DNA of 64,000 nucleotides from Gemmatimonadota bacterium. Its GTDB lineage: Bacteria; Gemmatimonadota; Gemmatimonadetes; Palauibacterales; KS3-K002. The DNA lies in NCBI GenBank assembly GCA_020350785.1, contig CP070722.1, forward strand, positions 1,133,939 through 1,197,938, in the 5' to 3' direction. A model generated the notes under the pieces. The model was not told the origin of the DNA. It searched no databases and saw nothing but the letters and a program-made list of their open reading frames with translations. The position numbers and the translations under genes were made by a program. Of this stretch, positions 8,420-18,533 are shown piece by piece; position 1 is the stretch's first letter, and each line of letters opens with the position of its first letter.

Positions 8420-10099
8420 TCAGTGTCCGACGGCCAGGCCGTCTTTGCGCGGATCGGAGGCGGCGGCCCAGCCACGCTCCAATCGCATCACCGCCTGGCC
8501 GCCCCCGAAGGCCACCACCCCGTCGGGCAGAACGATGTGGCCCCGCGCCGCGAGCTCCGCGCGGACCGCAACGCCGATCGGCCCCTCGAGCGCGACCTGG
8601 CGTCCGTCCAGATGACGGAAGCGTGCCGCGTCGATAGCCGCCTGCAGGTCCATGCCGAAGACGATGAGGTTGAGCAGGACCTGCACGTGTCCCTGGGGCT
8701 GGATCGAGCCGCCCATCACCCCGAAGGCGAGCCACGGCTCATCGCCGCCGTCGGGCGTCGGCCGCGTCACGAACGCCGGAATGATCGTGTGAAAGGGGCG
8801 CTTACCCGGCGCCACCGTGTTGGCCAGCCCTGGCTCGAGCGTGAAGCCGGCACCGCGGTTCTGTAGGGCGAAGCCGGTCCCCGGCACCACGATGCCCGAA
8901 CCGAACTCCCAGTAGATGCTGTTGATGAAGGACACCATGTTGCCGAATCCATCGGCGGCGCTCAGATAGATGGTCTCGCTGGTCGTCAGCGCTTCACCTG
9001 GGTCGACTCGCTCGGCAGCGCGTGCCGGATCGATGAGGCTGCGGCGCCGCGAGATGAACGCATCATCCAGCAGCGCCTCGGGCGCCACGCTCATGTGCCC
9101 CGGATCTCCGACCCAGCCCGCCAGATCCGCGAAGGCCAGCTTCTTCGCTTCGATGAGGTGGTGGAGGTAGTCGGCCGAATTGTGGCCCATCGCCGCCAGG
9201 TCGAACGGCTCGAGGATGCGAAGCATCTCCAACGCCGCTATGCCCTGGCCGTTGGGCGGCAGCTCCCATACCCGGTAGCCCTTGAAATCGACCGAGATCG
9301 GAACGACCCATGTCGCCCGATGACTCGCCAGGTCTTCCAACGTCAGGAAGCCGTCCAGCTCGACTACGCGCTCCACGATTCTGCGCCCTAGCTCGCCACC
9401 GTAGAGGACCTCCGGCCCCCCTTCCGCGATCAGCTTCAGAGTCGCGGCGAAGTCGGGGTTTCTAAACCATTCCCCAACTGCGGGTGCGCGATCCCCATCG
9501 ATCAGGTACGTTGCCCGGGCCCCTTCATCGCGAACCAGCTTCTCCACTTCGGCGGCCCATTGACGCGCGATGATCGGCGTCACGGGGAAGCCATCTTCCG
9601 CCAGCTGAATGGCCGGTTGCAGAGCCTCGGCCAGGCTGATCGTGCCGTAGCGCTCCAATAGGGCCGACCAGCCCGAGAGCGCGCCGGGGACGGTCACCGG
9701 CTCAGCGCCGTGAATGGGCACAGCATCGTGGCCGCGGCGGAGCAGTTCATCACGCGTCATCAAGGCACCCGATCGACCGCTCGCGTTGAGGCCGCTCAAC
9801 CTACCTTCCTTCGCCGACCAGACGATCGCGAACATGTCGCCGCCGATCCCGGTCATGTGCGGCTCAACCAGGTTCAGCACGGCGGCCGCAGTCACGGCTG
9901 CGTCGATGGCATTGCCCCCCCGCTGCAGGACCGCGAGCCCGGCGGCACTGGCCAGCGGCTGGCTGGTAGCTATGACGCCGTGGGGCGCATAGACGGTGGA
10001 TCGGCCCGCCAGACTGGCGGGCCGTTTGTCCTGGCTGGGCGAGTCGGTGGCCATGGCGATCAGTAGCAAGGGTACGACGGCTACGAGTTGCAGGCGCAT
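8420..10099 (-). CDS. ggt: Gamma-glutamyltransferase
   Basis: 559 aa with signal peptide. Conserved GGT motifs AIDAAVTAAAVLNLVEPHMTGIGGD and the autocatalytic Thr region TTSETIYLSAADGFGNMVSFINS. Confidence 0.9.
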   Translation of the reverse strand: MRLQLVAVVPLLLIAMATDSPSQDKRPASLAGRSTVYAPHGVIATSQPLASAAGLAVLQRGGNAIDAAVTAAAVLNLVEPHMTGIGGDMFAIVWSAKEGRLSGLNASGRSGALMTRDELLRRGHDAVPIHGAEPVTVPGALSGWSALLERYGTISLAEALQPAIQLAEDGFPVTPIIARQWAAEVEKLVRDEGARATYLIDGDRAPAVGEWFRNPDFAATLKLIAEGGPEVLYGGELGRRIVERVVELDGFLTLEDLASHRATWVVPISVDFKGYRVWELPPNGQGIAALEMLRILEPFDLAAMGHNSADYLHHLIEAKKLAFADLAGWVGDPGHMSVAPEALLDDAFISRRRSLIDPARAAERVDPGEALTTSETIYLSAADGFGNMVSFINSIYWEFGSGIVVPGTGFALQNRGAGFTLEPGLANTVAPGKRPFHTIIPAFVTRPTPDGGDEPWLAFGVMGGSIQPQGHVQVLLNLIVFGMDLQAAIDAARFRHLDGRQVALEGPIGVAVRAELAARGHIVLPDGVVAFGGGQAVMRLERGWAAASDPRKDGLAVGH

Positions 10100-10130
10100 G
10101 ACCCTACCTCAGGTCGAACACAATCGAGCA

Positions 10131-12962
10131 TCATCGCCCCTCGGCGACGGTCGTCTCTCCGGATGTCTCGGGCCGGCTTGGCCAGCCTACCCGCAGATCA
10201 TTCCAGTGAAGCAGCGTGTTGAACACGAGGGCATGGCTGCCGCGGGTCTCCCAGCGCCAGAAAGGCCGATTGGCGAAAAGGACGACGTGCCCCCGCCCGA
10301 CCGGCGCATCGATGACCGCCGGCGTGTCCGCTATCTCGCCCGCCCCCCGCAGCATACCGCTCATCAACGTACCTTCCTTCGCGAACTTGACGACCACGCG
10401 CGGAACCTCCTTCTCCCAAATCTCATCTTTCAGCCATTCCGGGATGAAGGGAGTGTCGAGGTCGTCGCTCACCTCGAACACCGGCGTCTGGTTGAAGTAG
10501 ACAGCCAAAGATTCCGGGTAGCCATAGACGATGGGGCTCGCGGCGTCTGCGATCATCGCCTTGAGAACCGTGCCCCTGGCCACCAACCCGCCGGTGCGCT
10601 TGATTTGGACGCGACGTGTGATCGCCATGTCGATGGGCAGCGCCGCGGTGCTCCCCTCAGTGATGAAAACGCCACCCGCGGCGACGAACTCCTTTAGGTT
10701 CTTCAAGCCGTCATAGCCCATGCCGAGGCGGACATCATCCGTCTCGTCGATGACGCCGATGCTGGGATACTGCGCATCGCGCCGCCAGGGGATCGGCACG
10801 CCGGCCTCCGTGGTCCCCCCAATCAGCGTCTGCGGATCGGCTCGCGTACGTGGCATGATCACCACATCGAAGCTCGATAAATCCGCCGTCGCCAGATCCT
10901 GCTCAGAGAGATGGGTGTAGGGAATGCCGATGTGATCGAAGGCGAAACGCCACCAGCCGGCATCCTGCGGAGTCGACACCCAGGTGTGCACCAGCGCCAC
11001 CCGCGGCACCTCCACCGTGTGCATCGCCACGTCGGGTGACCGGCCGGTGCCGTGGATCTCGAGACCCAACTCGCGCGCCGCCTCCTCCAAACGATCGCTC
11101 AGGTCGGCCGGGTTCCCCGCCGCAGGGATGATGAAGCTGCCCGCGGCGAACGCGCGCCGGTCCGCCTCGAACTGCGCCTCCGCCGCCTGCACGTTGATGT
11201 CCTGGCCCAAGCGGAAACGCAGCTGCGCAAAATTGTCGTCCGTCGTGTTGTTGACCAGATAGAAATCGCGATTACGACCATTGAGCGCGCCGGCTACCAC
11301 GGTTGGCTCTTCCAACAGACGCATGCGGGCCGAAAGGATACCCGGGTCGTCGACCCGATGGGCCTCCACCTGGTGCAAGTACGGAAGAGTCCAGCCGGTG
11401 TCATCGTAGGGTGGCTGAGCGTCTTCCGGAAACTTCTGCACATCCAGCAGCACCCTCACCAATGTCCGATACGGTTGATCCAGCCGCACGACGTACGAAC
11501 CCCTGGGCGCGGACCTCTCCGCACCACCATCGTCTGCGCCTTCCGACTTCCCACCTTCCGCCGACCACTTCAGGTCCTCCTCCGCGATGTGCACCTCAAC
11601 CCCCTGCTCCATCAGCAGATTCACCAGCTCGGCAGTCGCCAGCGGCCGTCTTTGGTCGGGCGGAATCACCCAGGCGTAGGGCGCTTGGCTCGCGCCCTTC
11701 TCGACGGCGCGCACGCCTCTCAGGTAGAAGTTGTCGAGAAATTCCCCGCCGCGGTCCGCCACGTACTTCAGAGCGACGAGTACGCCGCTTTGCATGTAGT
11801 TCGTGTTGTTACGGAGGGACCACATCGCCTTCTCCAGCGGCGGGTTCGGCCGGTACCATTCCCGCGACGTCGCCGACGGTCTCAGCTCGCGCTCCATCGT
11901 ATCGGCTCCGCGGTTGCCAAGCGTCTCGTAAAATCGGCCGATGCTGTTGCGCGTGTTGGCGATCCACATCAGGTAGTTGGCCGCCCAGCCGGTGTAGAAT
12001 GCGTGTGTCCACACTCCCGGCATCCCCCGCTTGGTCAGCTGAGTGACCTCTTCATGAGAGATATTGTGCCATTCGTCGATGGTCAGCGCATCGATTTCCT
12101 CGTTGTAAGGGCCGCTGCCCGTCGATACGTACAGGTAGTAACCCGACTCGTGGAGATCGTGCATAACCGTGGGCTTCCAGTACAGGTAGCGGGTGAGCGA
12201 GTTGCGAGTCAGAGCCAGGGCGAGCCCGAAACCGTCCCGGTTGTTGTCGTGCGCCACGTACTTGCCCCAGTACGGCAGGCCGGGACCGACATCGCCGTGC
12301 GCCTTCGTGTATCTGTAGACATCCACCATCCGGTCACGGCCATCCGGCTCCAGGACCGGCACGATAACGGTGATCACGTTATCGCGGATCGCCCGCACGA
12401 GTGGTGTCTCTTCAACGGCCAGGCGGTAGGCCAGTTCCATCACCATCTCCGGCGCACCCGTCTCCGGCGAATGCAGGCCAGCGGTCAGGTAGTAGACAGG
12501 CTTCGCAGCGGCGATGATCTCGCGGGCCTCGGCGGCTTCCAGCGCCCGTGGATCCGCTAGCCGGCCCAGATAACCGCGGTAACGCTCCAGATCGGCGAGC
12601 GTCGACTCGTCCGCGATGATCACTTCGATCATCTCTCGACCCTCTTCCGTGAGCCCGATGCCGCGTACCTCCACGCGCGGCGAGGCGTCCGCCAGCGCCC
12701 GCATGTATCCGTAGATCTCCTCCGTGTCGTGCAGGATGTCGGGCGCGCCGATGATCTCGCCGAAATGGTCGAGCGGCGACGGCACGGCTTCCGACCTCGG
12801 CAAGTGATCCACTAGATCACTCGAGAAGCGAGGATCCGTGGTGTATCGCTGGATTCGCTCGGCGTATTCCGTATCCGGCTCCTGCGCCCAGAGGCGCGGT
12901 GCCGCAAGCATGCCCGCAAGAGCAAACGGCGCAACAAGCCTCCAGAGCATTTGGCGTCCCAT
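10131..12962 (-). CDS. Large secreted M14-family zinc carboxypeptidase-like protein (943 aa) with long C-terminal extension
   Basis: Signal peptide. The HSPETGAPEM HxxE zinc-binding motif in the N-terminal third is consistent with peptidase M14. The remaining ~550 aa have no motif I can assign. Confidence 0.6.
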   Translation of the reverse strand: MGRQMLWRLVAPFALAGMLAAPRLWAQEPDTEYAERIQRYTTDPRFSSDLVDHLPRSEAVPSPLDHFGEIIGAPDILHDTEEIYGYMRALADASPRVEVRGIGLTEEGREMIEVIIADESTLADLERYRGYLGRLADPRALEAAEAREIIAAAKPVYYLTAGLHSPETGAPEMVMELAYRLAVEETPLVRAIRDNVITVIVPVLEPDGRDRMVDVYRYTKAHGDVGPGLPYWGKYVAHDNNRDGFGLALALTRNSLTRYLYWKPTVMHDLHESGYYLYVSTGSGPYNEEIDALTIDEWHNISHEEVTQLTKRGMPGVWTHAFYTGWAANYLMWIANTRNSIGRFYETLGNRGADTMERELRPSATSREWYRPNPPLEKAMWSLRNNTNYMQSGVLVALKYVADRGGEFLDNFYLRGVRAVEKGASQAPYAWVIPPDQRRPLATAELVNLLMEQGVEVHIAEEDLKWSAEGGKSEGADDGGAERSAPRGSYVVRLDQPYRTLVRVLLDVQKFPEDAQPPYDDTGWTLPYLHQVEAHRVDDPGILSARMRLLEEPTVVAGALNGRNRDFYLVNNTTDDNFAQLRFRLGQDINVQAAEAQFEADRRAFAAGSFIIPAAGNPADLSDRLEEAARELGLEIHGTGRSPDVAMHTVEVPRVALVHTWVSTPQDAGWWRFAFDHIGIPYTHLSEQDLATADLSSFDVVIMPRTRADPQTLIGGTTEAGVPIPWRRDAQYPSIGVIDETDDVRLGMGYDGLKNLKEFVAAGGVFITEGSTAALPIDMAITRRVQIKRTGGLVARGTVLKAMIADAASPIVYGYPESLAVYFNQTPVFEVSDDLDTPFIPEWLKDEIWEKEVPRVVVKFAKEGTLMSGMLRGAGEIADTPAVIDAPVGRGHVVLFANRPFWRWETRGSHALVFNTLLHWNDLRVGWPSRPETSGETTVAEGR

Positions 12963-13123
12963 GGTCTCTCTCCGTTCGGATGTGCAGCTGCCAATCTACG
13001 CCGCTTGCCGCCCGGTCAGCCAGTGTGTTCCGCACCTCCTTGATACCGATCCTGATCGCCTGCTAGCTTGTCTGCCCATCCATCAGGTTCTGCGCCGCTC
13101 GCGGTGTTCGGCCAGGAGGCTAG

Positions 13124-14215
13124 ATGAAGACCTACAAGATCGGATCGATACCGGGCGACGGCATTGGACCGGAGGTCGCCCGCGAGGGCCTAAAAGTCTT
13201 GGAGACGGTGGCCCGGCTCGAGGATTTCGACTACGAGCTCGTCGATTACCCCTACAGCGGCGATCATTACCTCAAAACGAAAGAGCTCGTACCCGAGCGC
13301 GTCATCGACGAGTGGCGAACCCTCGATGCCGTCCTGCTGGGCGCCATCGGCCACCCCGATGTCGAGCCCGGCTTGGTGGAGCGCTCGGTCATCCTGGGCC
13401 TCCGCTTCCGCCTCGACATGTACGTCAACCTTCGGCCCATCAAGCTCTACTCCGAGCACCTCTGCCCGTTGAAGAACAAGACCCCGGCCGACATCGACTT
13501 CGTGGTCGTGCGCGAGAACACAGAAGGCATGTACTCGCAGATCGGCGGACATCTCAAGAAGGGCACACCGGACGAGGTAGCGCTGGTCAACGGCGTCTAT
13601 ACCTGGAAGGGCTGCGAGCGCGCCTCACGCTACGCCTTCGAGCTGGCGCGCAAGCGTGGCACGGCACGCGGCGAGGGCGGGCGCAAGCCGCAGGTGACGC
13701 TTGTGGACAAGGACAACGCCATCCGGCCGCATGACATTTGGGACCGGTCTTTCGCCTACGTCGCCTCGGACTTTCCCGACGTACAAACCGATCATGCCTA
13801 CGTGGATGCCTGCTGCATGTGGATGATCAAGAACCCCGAGTGGTTCGATGTGATCGTCACCACTAACCTCTTCGGAGACATCATCACTGATCTGGGTGCG
13901 ATGATTCAAGGCGGCATGGGGATCGCCGCGTCCGGCAACATCCATCCCGGTCGGACATCGATGTTCGAGCCGATCCACGGCTCGGCACCCAAGCACGCCG
14001 GCAAGAACGTCGCCTGTCCCCTGGGCATGATCTCGGCCGTGAGTATGATGCTCGACTTTCTGGGCGAGGAGCAGGCGGCAGCGCGCATCGAGGACGCCGT
14101 CGCCCACCTGTTGAAATCCCGTGCCATACCGTCCGCGGACACGCGCAGCGGCATCTCCACACCCGATATGGGCGACATGGTGGTCAACCGGATCCAAGAG
14201 GTGGCGCAGACGTAG
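13124..14215 (+). CDS. Tartrate dehydrogenase/decarboxylase / D-malate dehydrogenase (isocitrate-isopropylmalate dehydrogenase family)
   Basis: 363 aa. N-terminus [18 protein letters not shown] and [26 protein letters not shown] are hallmark motifs of the TtuC/LeuB-like decarboxylating dehydrogenases. Confidence 0.85.
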   Translation: MKTYKIGSIPGDGIGPEVAREGLKVLETVARLEDFDYELVDYPYSGDHYLKTKELVPERVIDEWRTLDAVLLGAIGHPDVEPGLVERSVILGLRFRLDMYVNLRPIKLYSEHLCPLKNKTPADIDFVVVRENTEGMYSQIGGHLKKGTPDEVALVNGVYTWKGCERASRYAFELARKRGTARGEGGRKPQVTLVDKDNAIRPHDIWDRSFAYVASDFPDVQTDHAYVDACCMWMIKNPEWFDVIVTTNLFGDIITDLGAMIQGGMGIAASGNIHPGRTSMFEPIHGSAPKHAGKNVACPLGMISAVSMMLDFLGEEQAAARIEDAVAHLLKSRAIPSADTRSGISTPDMGDMVVNRIQEVAQT

Positions 14216-14385
14216 GACCGGTCTCGGCTCCCCACGCCCAGCGGGCCTGCCGGCGCACCGGGCTCGCCGCTGCTTGACCGTGAACGCGGACCATCGCAAT
14301 ATGGGACGAGACGAGATGGTAGCTCCGTTTGCGGAGGGAGACGGGGTGACAGGCGAGTTCTCACTCCGCACGTAGAGGAGGACGT

Positions 14386-14952
14386 ATGAGGGGCAAAGGT
14401 CTAAGAGCACGCCATGCTCGTATCCTCGGGATCGGTCTCGGGGCCTCTCTGCTGGTACACGCGTTGTTGCTCGGTTTCGGGCATGTCAGCTTCGGAACGC
14501 GCACCTCGATCGATGGGCCTCTCAATGCCGTCAGCCTGCCGGATCCGGACCGCCTGGAGGCGGAGCCGGTGACCAGCCCGGCAGAGGACCCGTCCCTGGA
14601 AGGTATCGGCGTCCAGATCGCCAGCCTGGATCTGGCCGACTACTCCATCGTGCTGGAGGAAACCGCTGGCGCGCCCGGCGAGCCGTTGGTCCCGCGGCCC
14701 CGGATCAGGCCCGAGCGCGAGGAGCACGGCTTCACGCCCATACGCCACATGCCATCCCCGGCGCTCTCGAGGCTGAGCGGCGGACATGATGGAAGCGGCG
14801 CCACCGGCGTCACCTTCGTCTTCGTCGGCGGTGGCGTTGGGCACGGACCGTCCTGCCACCCCAGTGACTTGATCGGCCGGATCCCGAATCGCCGCCAGCT
14901 ACCGCTGAACACACGGAGGCTGCTGACGCCGCTTCGGCAGCCGCGGCGCTAG
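14386..14952 (+). CDS. Hypothetical protein with one N-terminal TM segment
   Basis: 188 aa. TM segment ILGIGLGASLLVHALLLGF followed by an acidic Pro-rich region. No recognisable domain. The coding status is moderately uncertain. Confidence 0.35.
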   Translation: MRGKGLRARHARILGIGLGASLLVHALLLGFGHVSFGTRTSIDGPLNAVSLPDPDRLEAEPVTSPAEDPSLEGIGVQIASLDLADYSIVLEETAGAPGEPLVPRPRIRPEREEHGFTPIRHMPSPALSRLSGGHDGSGATGVTFVFVGGGVGHGPSCHPSDLIGRIPNRRQLPLNTRRLLTPLRQPRR

Positions 14953-14982
14953 AGATCGTTCCGCGGCAGGAACCCGCCAAGT

Positions 14983-15017
14983 GCAAGACGGCCGCCCTGT
15001 CTGGGCGGCCGTCTTGC
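14983..15017 (+). terminator. Perfect 15-bp GC-rich inverted repeat with 5-nt loop, 30 nt downstream of the ORF 14386..14952 stop and upstream of msrP
   Basis: gcaagacggccgccc-tgtct-gggcggccgtcttgc read directly from the sequence. No U-tract follows, so it is either a U-less intrinsic terminator (common in high-GC genomes) or a regulatory structure in the msrP leader. Confidence 0.4.
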
Positions 15018-15161
15018 TGATCCCTCCGCCAAGCCGGAACCCAAGCCGGCGTTCCGGTGTTAGCCAAATAGCAGATCAAAGACCGGCATCGGCAAGGCGG
15101 GTGTGCACCGCGAGGCGGACGCCGCCGGACCCCGCATCTTTACGATAATGAGGAAGACGAC

Positions 15162-16106
15162 ATGCTGATAAGGCGTGCCCCCGAGATCAAAGAATCGGAA
15201 GTCACCGACGAGCGACTCTACGTGGACCGCCGCCGCTTCATCCGCACCGCGGCGGGTGCTGGCGCCGGCCTGGGACTGGCATCCGCGTTCGCACCCTTGC
15301 TCGCTTGCGAAGGTGACGCGGGCGACCGCGCCGGGTCGGCGTCCGACCAGGAAGAAGAGCTGACTCCCTTCGAGGACGTCACGACCTACAACAATTTCTA
15401 CGAGTTCGGCACGGACAAGAGCGATCCCGCCCGGAACGCTCACACTTTGCGAACGCGTCCCTGGACGGTGACGGTGGAGGGCGAATGCAGCAAGCCCGGC
15501 ACTTACGACATCGAGGACATCCTGGGGCGCCATCCGGCGGAGGAGCGTATCTACCGACTCCGCTGCGTCGAAGCGTGGTCGATGGTGATTCCCTGGATGG
15601 GCTTCCCTCTTTCCGACTTCATCGAGGACTTGCAGCCGACATCGAATGCCAGGTTCGTGGAGTTCCGTACCCTCTACGACCCCGAGCAGATGCCGGGCCA
15701 GCGGCGCGCCGTTCTCGACTGGCCTTACGTCGAAGGGCTGAGGATGGACGAGGCGATGCACCCGCTCACCATCTTTGCCGTCGGCCTGTATGGAAAGGTG
15801 CTGCCGAATCAGAACGGCGCGCCGATCCGCCTCGTCGTACCCTGGAAGTACGGCTTCAAGAGCATCAAGTCGATCGTCGGCATCCGCTTCGTGCGTGAGC
15901 AGCCGATGACGACCTGGATGACCTCGGCACCGAGGGAGTACGGTTTCTACTCCAACGTAAACCCCGAGGTCGACCACCCGCGCTGGAGCCAGGCCCGGGA
16001 ACGTCGGATCGGCGAATTTCGCCGGCGCCCGACGCTCATGTTCAACGGCTACGCCGACCAGGTCGCCCATCTGTACGCGGGCATGGACCTGCGCAAATTC
16101 TTCTAA
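15162..16106 (+). CDS. msrP: Protein-methionine-sulfoxide reductase catalytic subunit MsrP (YedY), molybdopterin enzyme with Tat signal
   Basis: 314 aa. Twin-arginine signal [21 protein letters not shown] and the conserved YedY motif [16 protein letters not shown]. Confidence 0.9.
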   Translation: MLIRRAPEIKESEVTDERLYVDRRRFIRTAAGAGAGLGLASAFAPLLACEGDAGDRAGSASDQEEELTPFEDVTTYNNFYEFGTDKSDPARNAHTLRTRPWTVTVEGECSKPGTYDIEDILGRHPAEERIYRLRCVEAWSMVIPWMGFPLSDFIEDLQPTSNARFVEFRTLYDPEQMPGQRRAVLDWPYVEGLRMDEAMHPLTIFAVGLYGKVLPNQNGAPIRLVVPWKYGFKSIKSIVGIRFVREQPMTTWMTSAPREYGFYSNVNPEVDHPRWSQARERRIGEFRRRPTLMFNGYADQVAHLYAGMDLRKFF

Positions 16107-16121
16107 CCACTGATCGGGCCC

Positions 16122-16808
16122 GTGCCAGCGAACCGTAGATTGATCGAGCGAGCCACTCGGACCGGGATATTCCTGCTCGCCCTGGCCCCCTTCGGCCTCC
16201 TCGCTTTCGACACCTTGACCGACCGGCTGGGCACCAACCCCATCGAGACCGTCACTCATCGGACGGGTTGGTGGGCGCTGACCTTCTTGCTGCTTACTCT
16301 GGCGGTGACGCCCGTGCGGCAGCTCACGGGCATCGGTTGGTTGGTCAAGCTGCGCCGCATGCTGGGTCTTTATGCATTCTTCTACGCCAGCTTACACTTC
16401 GGGGTGTATATCGGGCTCGACCAGTTCTTCGCCTTCGACTACATCGTCGAGGACATCATGGACCGGCCCTACATCACGGTCGGTTTCACGGCACTGGTGA
16501 TCCTGACCCCTCTCGCTCTGACCTCCACCAAGAGAATGGTGAGGCGGCTGGGCGGCAGACGCTGGAATCGCCTCCACAAGATGGTTTACGTGGCAGCCGT
16601 TCTCGGCGTGCTCCATTTTCTCTGGCTCGTCAAAGCGGACATCCTTGAGCCGGCGATCTTCGCCCTGACGCTCGGCCTGCTCTTGAGCTACCGATTGGTG
16701 ACTAGCGGTCTGCGACAGCTTCGCCTGCGACGCGCCGCCCGAAGCGCTGCGCGACCGGCCAGCTTGCGTGCGCAGTCGCCCGCCGCTGAGGGCAGTGCCG
16801 GCGCTTGA
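16122..16808 (+). CDS. msrQ: Protein-methionine-sulfoxide reductase heme-binding subunit MsrQ (YedZ)
   Basis: 228 aa, 6-TM ferric-reductase-like protein directly downstream of msrP, with conserved His-containing helices (LHFGVYIGLD, VLHFLWLVKADI). Confidence 0.85.
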   Translation: MPANRRLIERATRTGIFLLALAPFGLLAFDTLTDRLGTNPIETVTHRTGWWALTFLLLTLAVTPVRQLTGIGWLVKLRRMLGLYAFFYASLHFGVYIGLDQFFAFDYIVEDIMDRPYITVGFTALVILTPLALTSTKRMVRRLGGRRWNRLHKMVYVAAVLGVLHFLWLVKADILEPAIFALTLGLLLSYRLVTSGLRQLRLRRAARSAARPASLRAQSPAAEGSAGA

Positions 16809-16823
16809 CGCGCCGGGCCGCCT

Positions 16824-16858
16824 CGGGGAGCGACTCGTGCCGAGCGACCCGCTCCCCG
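16824..16858. terminator. Stem-loop (9-bp stem, cggggagcg...cgctccccg) between convergent msrQ and the MBL hydrolase gene, followed by a T-rich tract; probable bidirectional terminator
   Basis: Read directly from the sequence. It lies in the 59-nt gap between two converging stop codons, and tctctatttctt follows on the plus strand. Confidence 0.45.
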
Positions 16859-16867
16859 GGACAGTCT

Positions 16868-17776
16868 CTATTTCTTCCGTGAAAGGTCGCTGTAGAGGAT
16901 ACGGGTGAAGGTCTCTGGATTGAGGAAGCCCTGACCCCACTTCTCATCCCAGGCGGCGGTCGGCTTCGCCGCCTGCACCTCCTCCAAGCTCTTCCCCATG
17001 GCGATCTGCTCGGCCATGGCCTCGCGCACGCCGACCAGCATCTCGCGGAACTCTGCCAGGCCCGCCTTGTTCGAGAGCGTGCCGTGACCCGGGATGACCC
17101 TGGTCTCATCGTCGATCAGAGGAAGCACTCGGTCGGCGGCCGCGATCATCCCGTCGATCGAGCCGCCGGCCGACACATCGATGAAGGGATAGAGACCGTT
17201 GAAGAAGGTGTCGCCCATATGAACCGTGTTGGCCCGACGGAAGTGCACGATCGCGTCGCCGTCCGTATGCGCGTTGGCGACGTGAAAGACGAAGATCTCG
17301 TCGCCGTTGATATGGAAAGTGACGGCCTCCGAAAAGGTCACGATTGGCAGGGCACCCGGCGGCGACGCCGGGACCGTGCGACCGAAAGCCTCCATGAACT
17401 GCTCGACGCTCATCCGCTCGCGCACGTTGTCGTGCGCGACGATCAGAGCCCCGGCCTCGCCCAAGTTCTCGTTGCCCCCGGTGTGATCGGAGTGCCAGTG
17501 CGTGTTGAGGACGAACTCGATGGGCAGATCGCTGATTTCACGAATCGCGGCAACGATCTTGTCGGTCAATGGCGCGTATTGGTCGTCGATAAGGAAAACG
17601 GCATCTTCACCCACCGAGACACCGAGGTTGCCGCCAGCTCCCATGAGCATGTACACGCCCGGTGCCACCTGCTGCGTGCTGATCTGAACGTTATCGAAAT
17701 CCTGGGCGTTTGCGCTCAGCGTGCTGATCGGCAGCGCCAGAATGGCCCATACCGCTACATTATTGCGTACTCTCAT
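16868..17776 (-). CDS. Secreted MBL-fold metallo-hydrolase (beta-lactamase-like)
   Basis: 302 aa. Signal peptide. HWHSDHTGGN (HxHxDH) metal-binding motif and downstream His/Asp ligands. Confidence 0.8.
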   Translation of the reverse strand: MRVRNNVAVWAILALPISTLSANAQDFDNVQISTQQVAPGVYMLMGAGGNLGVSVGEDAVFLIDDQYAPLTDKIVAAIREISDLPIEFVLNTHWHSDHTGGNENLGEAGALIVAHDNVRERMSVEQFMEAFGRTVPASPPGALPIVTFSEAVTFHINGDEIFVFHVANAHTDGDAIVHFRRANTVHMGDTFFNGLYPFIDVSAGGSIDGMIAAADRVLPLIDDETRVIPGHGTLSNKAGLAEFREMLVGVREAMAEQIAMGKSLEEVQAAKPTAAWDEKWGQGFLNPETFTRILYSDLSRKK

Positions 17777-17964
17777 GGGATCTCCATGGTTGAGGTAAAG
17801 GGACGACCAATTCTATCCTCGGACCGCCCGATGGCAAGCGTGGCCCAGAAGGTTCGGCCTACCGGGCCAAAGCCCTTGCGCCCTCACGTATTATTCGCGA
17901 TCAACCTATTCTCCTGAACGGAGCCACCCGCCATGAAGTTGCACAGACACTCAAAGGCATCAAC

Positions 17965-18366
17965 ATGAATAAGCCGAAGATTCGTAAGAGCGATCAGCAG
18001 TGGAAAGAGTCCCTGACGCCCGAGCAGTACCGGATTACACGCCAGAAAGGCACGGAGCGCGCTTTCAGCGGGGAGTACGTCGACAACAAAGACGCCGGAA
18101 TCTATCGCTGCATCTGCTGCGGCAATGAGCTGTTCCGTTCCGATGCCAAGTACGACTCGGGGACCGGCTGGCCCAGCTTCTGGGAGCCGGCCTCGCAGGA
18201 CAGCGTGAGCACCGAGCCCGACAACAGCCTATTCATGCGCCGCACCGAGGTGCTCTGCGCCGCCTGCGAGGCTCACCTGGGGCACGTCTTCGAGGACGGT
18301 CCGCAGCCGAGCGGGCAACGTTATTGCATCAACTCGGCGGCGTGGAAGTTCGAGCAGCACGACTAG
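17965..18366 (+). CDS. msrB: Peptide-methionine (R)-S-oxide reductase MsrB
   Basis: 133 aa. Two CxxC zinc-binding pairs ([21 protein letters not shown]) and the catalytic region typical of the SelR/MsrB family. Confidence 0.9.
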   Translation: MNKPKIRKSDQQWKESLTPEQYRITRQKGTERAFSGEYVDNKDAGIYRCICCGNELFRSDAKYDSGTGWPSFWEPASQDSVSTEPDNSLFMRRTEVLCAACEAHLGHVFEDGPQPSGQRYCINSAAWKFEQHD

Positions 18367-18533
18367 GCTCGACGCTGCCTCTGCCCGGCGCGGCGCAATG
18401 GACGGGGGGAATCGTTCACTGTTAGTATTAAGTATCAGGGCACAGTCGAGTCAGCGCCCAGCCGGGAAAGGCCGCCGAGCGGTCGAGGCGAAGACACAAG
18501 CAAGGAAACCTACGTCAAAGAGAGTTCGAACAG

